DNA of 59,340 nt. It comes from a virus (Duplodnaviria; Caudoviricetes). Below are positions 55,417 to 59,340 of the stretch, one piece after another (positions within the stretch are counted from its first letter, which is position 1; each line of letters starts with the position of its first letter). Location of the stretch: positions 1 through 59,340 of IMG/VR virus record IMGVR_UViG_3300031578_000034, one strand, 5' to 3'. The translations under genes were made by a program, and so were the position numbers. The notes beneath the pieces were generated by a model. It was given only the letters and a program-made list of their open reading frames with translations, was not told the origin of the DNA and searched no databases.

Positions 55417-56061
55417 TTATTTAATATTTATTTTATCTCGTTCTTTTTTGGTAAGTTTTTTAACTATTTTTGGATTTTTTCCATAGCTACGGAGCCACTT
55501 TCTGATTGCATTATCCGACACCCCATACTTCCTTCCCGCTCCGCAGTATCCTAACTCCTCTATTTCACTAATTAGTATATCTTTTTCAGGTCGATTTTTA
55601 ACTTTTCTTGTATCCAAAGCCCGACACCTATTAGAGCAATATTTGGTATACTTTGTTGCCCACCAATTGTCTAAAGACTTATTACATACTATACAATTTT
55701 GTATTGCCCTAGAAACCCTTTTTTTGTTTGTTTTCTTATATTTTTTGTAATTTGTAAAGCCCGCATTAAAGCTATTGTATTTTTTTGGCAGCATAGCACC
55801 ACCGTGGTGTAGCATTCTATGGCAATTCGCACAAAGCAGTACGCATTTTCGTAATTCTTTTACTATTGTACTCCATTTTCTCATAGCATTAATTCTAGTA
55901 GACATACCATGCTTTTTATCTTTTGGATCTAAATGGTGAAAATCAAATATACATTCTGGACCAGATACACCACAAATAGCACAATAACCACCAAATGCTG
56001 CAACCATTCTAGTTTTAGTTCTTTTTCTCCATGCAGCCACATAGTCTGATCCCTTACTCAT
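55417..56061 (-). CDS. HNH homing-type endonuclease with zinc finger and C-terminal HTH
   Basis: CAICG...FDFHHLDP...CVLLCANCHR; YCSNRC; GRKYGVSDNAIRKW; AT-rich, inserted between tRNAs. Confidence 0.85.
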   Translation of the reverse strand: MSKGSDYVAAWRKRTKTRMVAAFGGYCAICGVSGPECIFDFHHLDPKDKKHGMSTRINAMRKWSTIVKELRKCVLLCANCHRMLHHGGAMLPKKYNSFNAGFTNYKKYKKTNKKRVSRAIQNCIVCNKSLDNWWATKYTKYCSNRCRALDTRKVKNRPEKDILISEIEELGYCGAGRKYGVSDNAIRKWLRSYGKNPKIVKKLTKKERDKINIK

Positions 56062-56064
56062 TTC

Positions 56065-56117
56065 CTTAGCCTCCTCGGCTAAGAATTATAGTGCAGGATC
56101 AGACTACTTATTTAACT
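56065..56117 (-). promoter_or_regulatory. candidate late promoter AGTTAAA-N20-TATAAT with RBS hairpin
   Basis: Motif at 56085-56117; CTTAGCC-gagga-GGCTAAG hairpin over the RBS. Confidence 0.65.
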
Positions 56118-56138
56118 GTTGTTATACGTAGATTAATA

Positions 56139-56209
56139 TGGGCTTAGAAAGACTCGAACTTTCAACAGAAGTTTGTAGGACTTCCATGATCCCTTTTCAC
56201 CATAAGCCC
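56139..56209 (-). tRNA. tRNA-Val(TAC), C33
   Basis: GGGCTTA/TAAGCCC acceptor, GAAGT-CCTACAA-ACTTC anticodon arm, GAAAG-TTCGAGT-CTTTC T arm, A73. Confidence 0.8.
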
Positions 56210-56215
56210 AAAATA

Positions 56216-56289
56216 TGCCTCTGGTCAGATTCGAACTGACACTGTTTCGCTCCTTAGGCGAACGTCTCCTTCCTTTGGACTACAGAGGC
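56216..56289 (-). tRNA. tRNA with Leu anticodon AAG and short variable loop
   Basis: GCCTCTG/CAGAGGC acceptor, TTCGC-CTAAGGA-GCGAA anticodon arm, 5-nt variable loop, GTCAG-TTCGAAT-CTGAC T arm, A73. Confidence 0.85.
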
Positions 56290-56294
56290 GTCTT

Positions 56295-57620
56295 AGATTA
56301 TAAGGTGCTAAGCTACCAGTATTTTAAAAACAACCAGTCGCGGAGGCGTTTCTCCCACTGGCTCTGTCAGGGTACTAAAAAACTTTACTTTATCCCGCCA
56401 AAGATCCTGCCAAAATGGCGGGAAGCGACAGCTAAGCGGTCTGGAGTACCAGAACGCGCAAACTTTGTGCTACGGTGTCTGTCTGTTAGATTTCACAGAG
56501 CAACTATCGCCAGAGTTGCTGTGTGCGTGTCCGCAGGTTCATCCTAGGCAGTGCTGCTCTCTACAGAGCCCTGAACGCCCCGGCTACAGGGTGGATTATA
56601 CAGGTTCTCGCTCCTAGGCCTCTTGCCTTAGCACAAAAAAGCTATTGGGCATTAAGCAGTATTTCCTTGGCAGCTAACCAAGATTCATTCCCAGTTACCG
56701 CGCATCGTAAGTGATCAGCTTTCCTGGCCTGCGGGATTCACCAGTATAACGATGCTGCCCAATAAACAATTGCGGCACATGCTTCTCTAGACCTATGCTA
56801 ATGTGCTAACGTCCCGCCCACTCTGCGGGTTGTCGTGCCCAGAGCGCGGTATGGCCATCCTATTGGGTAGGCAATTGTGGCGTTTAAGAGCACATTACCA
56901 ACACGATTTGGTTGCACAAGTCAACCTAAAATGATATCTGCTAGGCCAGATTTTTCAACTGGCAACTCCATCAGGGCTCTTAACGGACTTGAGCTATCCT
57001 CTTGTCGGGGCTTCCCCAACGTTGCTCCGAGGATCTAGGCTCCTAAACCTAGAATCTCCCTCTGGGCTTTTCTTAAGCTACTAGCGGAAACTTTAAAATT
57101 AAAGCCTGTCGCGGATCCGCCGCACCGAAGGATCTCCTCCATCCCACAGGCTCTACGCTTACAACGCGAATGGCCTCATCGCCACCGGGACTCGCTTTCG
57201 CGTCGTCCTAGGCACCGTTACGGCGCCCCGCTGGTTCGCACAGCTACAAATCAAAGAACGTCTCCCTAGCGCCCCAACTAGAAAGCCGGCTCACTCATGG
57301 GCCACAACCAGCAGTGTGGGTACACCCACAGCCGCCAGTGTAGCCGGCTAGTGAACCTCGTGGCCGCTCCCATTTACCGACTGCCCGTTGCAGGCAGACC
57401 AGCCACACCCTTTTACTCGCCCTGCAGCAAATCCAGGGCGCGGGGGCTGCACCATTGCTACTTGGCTGGCTACCCCTTTCGCCCACAGTTGCTTCTAGCC
57501 CTCCACTGGTGTTCTCAGCTTCACTAGGCTAGTACCTGCAGACTCCAACCCAGGGCATCGCATCCCTGGATGTCACCGCAATATGTTGTCAAAGACCACC
57601 CACATTCGCTCTTCCCAATC
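56295..57620 (-). ncRNA. candidate giant structured non-coding RNA (GOLLD/ROOL-like context; boundaries approximate)
   Basis: No credible ORF over ~1.3 kb; dense nested inverted repeats; own promoter; tRNAs directly downstream. Confidence 0.75.
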
Positions 57621-57627
57621 TACAATC

Positions 57628-57656
57628 AGTATACGCGATCTAGATCCATTTGTCAA
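57628..57656 (-). promoter_or_regulatory. strong sigma70-like promoter TTGACA-N17-TATACT
   Basis: Near-consensus promoter firing into the non-coding region. Confidence 0.8.
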
Positions 57657-57676
57657 GCTGAAAGAGAGCCCACCAG

Positions 57677-58666
57677 CTATATTTTTATATGAGGAGTATT
57701 TTCTATTGTCGTAGCGTAACTTACACGCTGGAATACTGCTTTTTCTCGCAATTCTGTCAGTGTTCTTGCCCCGACAAGCCCCATCCCCTGACGAATTCCG
57801 TATAACAGCGTTTTGGCAACTTTCTCAGCGGGACCTTTGTTTGGGACATGTGTACTGATGCCCTCTGGAATGATCCCTCGTTTGTTAGCATGTGCGTCTG
57901 ACGAGGCTAATCCACGATAGATTTTTGTTCCTGTGCCGTCATCTAAGGTTTCATCTGTTCCCGCGAACAACCCACCGCACATAACAAATGAAGCTCCAGC
58001 TGCAAGTGCCTTAACGCAGTCCGCAGAACTTTTAGCGCCGCCGTCGGAAATTACGTTTGCTTCGTGTGCACATTCTATAACGGCAGATAGTTGTGGAACG
58101 CCACATCCCGTTACACGCCTGGTCAAACATACTGCCCCTGAGCCAACCCCACACTTGATATAGTCTACCTTCAATGAGCGTAAATCACATGCAGCATCAG
58201 ACGTAGCAACATTTCCAACAACCAGATACTTATCGCTGAAGGTTCTTTTAATCCAGAGAACTTCAGCAAAGATTGCTTCAGTATACGCGTACGCCACGTC
58301 CAAAAAGAATACGTCAACAATTGGCGCTAGCGCAGTAATGGCTGCTCTATCGTCTAAGCCAACAGCTGCAGCTACGGGCATCTTGTACTCATCTTTTAAC
58401 ATAGCTGCATATTTTGCTTCTTCAACACGCTCTTGTAATGTTCTATTTATCCTATTGAACGGCACGATTACACGGAGTGGTGCAAGAGCTTTCCACATGT
58501 CTGGAGTTGCAATATCAATCATATTTGCAACCATAATCGGAGCTAGCCTTTCATACCCAAAGGCGTCAATTGTATAATCCGCGTCGAGCCTACTTTTTAG
58601 TTTGCTGTAGCCTGGGCGCAGCAACACATCATCGAACGTTAATGCATCGTCATCGTAAAACCTCAT
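57677..58666 (-). CDS. IMP dehydrogenase / GMP reductase family (no CBS domains)
   Basis: LTFDDVLL.P, GNVAT, GVGSGAVCLTR..TGCGVPQ, SDGG..KALAAGA, YRGLAS and PEG. Confidence 0.9.
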   Translation of the reverse strand: MRFYDDDALTFDDVLLRPGYSKLKSRLDADYTIDAFGYERLAPIMVANMIDIATPDMWKALAPLRVIVPFNRINRTLQERVEEAKYAAMLKDEYKMPVAAAVGLDDRAAITALAPIVDVFFLDVAYAYTEAIFAEVLWIKRTFSDKYLVVGNVATSDAACDLRSLKVDYIKCGVGSGAVCLTRRVTGCGVPQLSAVIECAHEANVISDGGAKSSADCVKALAAGASFVMCGGLFAGTDETLDDGTGTKIYRGLASSDAHANKRGIIPEGISTHVPNKGPAEKVAKTLLYGIRQGMGLVGARTLTELREKAVFQRVSYATTIENTPHIKI

Positions 58667-59148
58667 TCGGCCTCTCCAGAAAACGTTATCAAAATATTTT
58701 TTAGGGCGAATTTAATCTGTGCGTAAGCAACGCCAGCGTTTGAAAACATAAGGCGTGCAGCCTTAGCTGAGTCTGACTCATGATACTTGTCTTCTAAGTA
58801 GTACACACGCGCTATGCCTGCTTGTATGATAAACTTAGCGCACTCATGGCACGGGAACAATGTACTATACAGCGTGCACCCCTCCGGGCGAATTATGCTG
58901 TTGTGCAGAGCGTTGACTTCAGCATGGCAAACAAATGGGTACTTCGTCTCCAGAAAGCTACCCTCTCGCGCCCATGGAAATGCATCTTCCTCGCAACCTC
59001 GCGGAAAGCCATTATACCCTATCCCGACAAGCTTATTGTCTGGGCTTGCAACGGTAGCACCCACTTTGGTGTTAGGATCTTTGCTGCGCTTCGCCGCTAG
59101 TAACGCGGCACCCATAAAAAACGCATTCCACGATATTGGTTTGTCCAT
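58663..59148 (-). CDS. dCMP deaminase
   Basis: RSKDPNTKVGA, GYNGFPRG, HAEVNA and FPCHECAKFIIQAGI. Confidence 0.92.
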   Translation of the reverse strand: MDKPISWNAFFMGAALLAAKRSKDPNTKVGATVASPDNKLVGIGYNGFPRGCEEDAFPWAREGSFLETKYPFVCHAEVNALHNSIIRPEGCTLYSTLFPCHECAKFIIQAGIARVYYLEDKYHESDSAKAARLMFSNAGVAYAQIKFALKNILITFSGEAE

Positions 59149-59161
59149 GCATTCTCCAAAA

Positions 59162-59232
59162 AGCCCGCACCCGGAATTGAACCGGGATCACTAACTTACC
59201 ACGCTAGTGCTCTACCATTGAGCTACGCGGGC
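59162..59232 (-). tRNA. tRNA-Thr(GGT)
   Basis: GCCCGCG/TGCGGGC acceptor, CTAGC-GTGGTAA-GTTAG anticodon arm, TTCAATT T loop. Confidence 0.88.
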
Positions 59233-59235
59233 GCA

Positions 59236-59308
59236 AGCCGCCGAGAGGAATCGAACCTCCAACCTGCTGATTACAGGTCAGCTGCTCTGCCAGTTGAGCT
59301 ACAGCGGC
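59236..59308 (-). tRNA. tRNA-Thr(TGT), C33
   Basis: GCCGCTG/CGGCGGC acceptor, GCTGA-CCTGTAA-TCAGC anticodon arm, TTCGATT T loop. Confidence 0.88.
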
Positions 59309-59340
59309 ATTTTTACTTTATTCTCTTTCTGCTTTTTTTT

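Noticed and set aside
56139-56209. Amber suppressor reading of the CCTACAA loop (CTA)
   Set aside because: The 5-bp stem places TAC at 34-36; CTA is off-register and A73 fits Val.
56215-57527. ORFs 56215-56547, 56523-56714, 57295-57486 and 57297-57527
   Set aside because: No RBS, atypical composition, one is antisense to a tRNA; better explained by structured RNA.
56295-57620. Group I/II intron, tmRNA or RNase P RNA
   Set aside because: No interrupted gene flanks it and I could not find the tRNA-like ends or hallmark motifs by eye; a covariance search is needed for firm exclusion.
58663-59148. TadA-like enzyme for the A34 tRNA
   Set aside because: RSKDP..VGA and GYNGFPRG are dCMP deaminase signatures.
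1-59340. Stop-codon reassignment
   Set aside because: Conserved genes are full length in code 11; TAG, TGA and TAA all end genes at natural C-termini, often coupled to the next start.

Overview
This window is part of a large tailed-phage (myovirus) genome read in the standard genetic code. About 1.7-47.8 kb is an almost uninterrupted minus-strand late region: lysis-like membrane genes, terminase large subunit, portal, prohead protease, scaffold, major capsid, neck, sheath, tube, a frameshifting tail chaperone, tape measure, baseplate and fibre/spike genes. It is interspersed with accessory genes (rfbA, a WYL protein, amidase, metallophosphoesterase, Cas4-like nuclease, HAD and DHH phosphatases). 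The right end holds rfbB, a GC-richer vWA/MoxR/unknown trio, a lone receiver domain, two HNH nucleases, five tRNAs (several atypical), IMPDH/GMP reductase and dCMP deaminase. The most striking signal is a ~1.3 kb stretch (about 56295-57620, minus strand) with no credible ORF, dense nested helices and its own consensus promoter, running into a tRNA cluster: a candidate giant structured ncRNA. Other notable signals are a recurrent AGTTAA[A/G/T]-N19/20-TAnnnT motif before 11 genes (candidate late promoter), RBS-occluding hairpins that overlap three of those sites, an unannotated 58-aa Hfq/Sm-like ORF, and a short-variable-loop tRNA with a Leu AAG anticodon. All product calls come from motif recognition and gene order by eye; no database searches were run.
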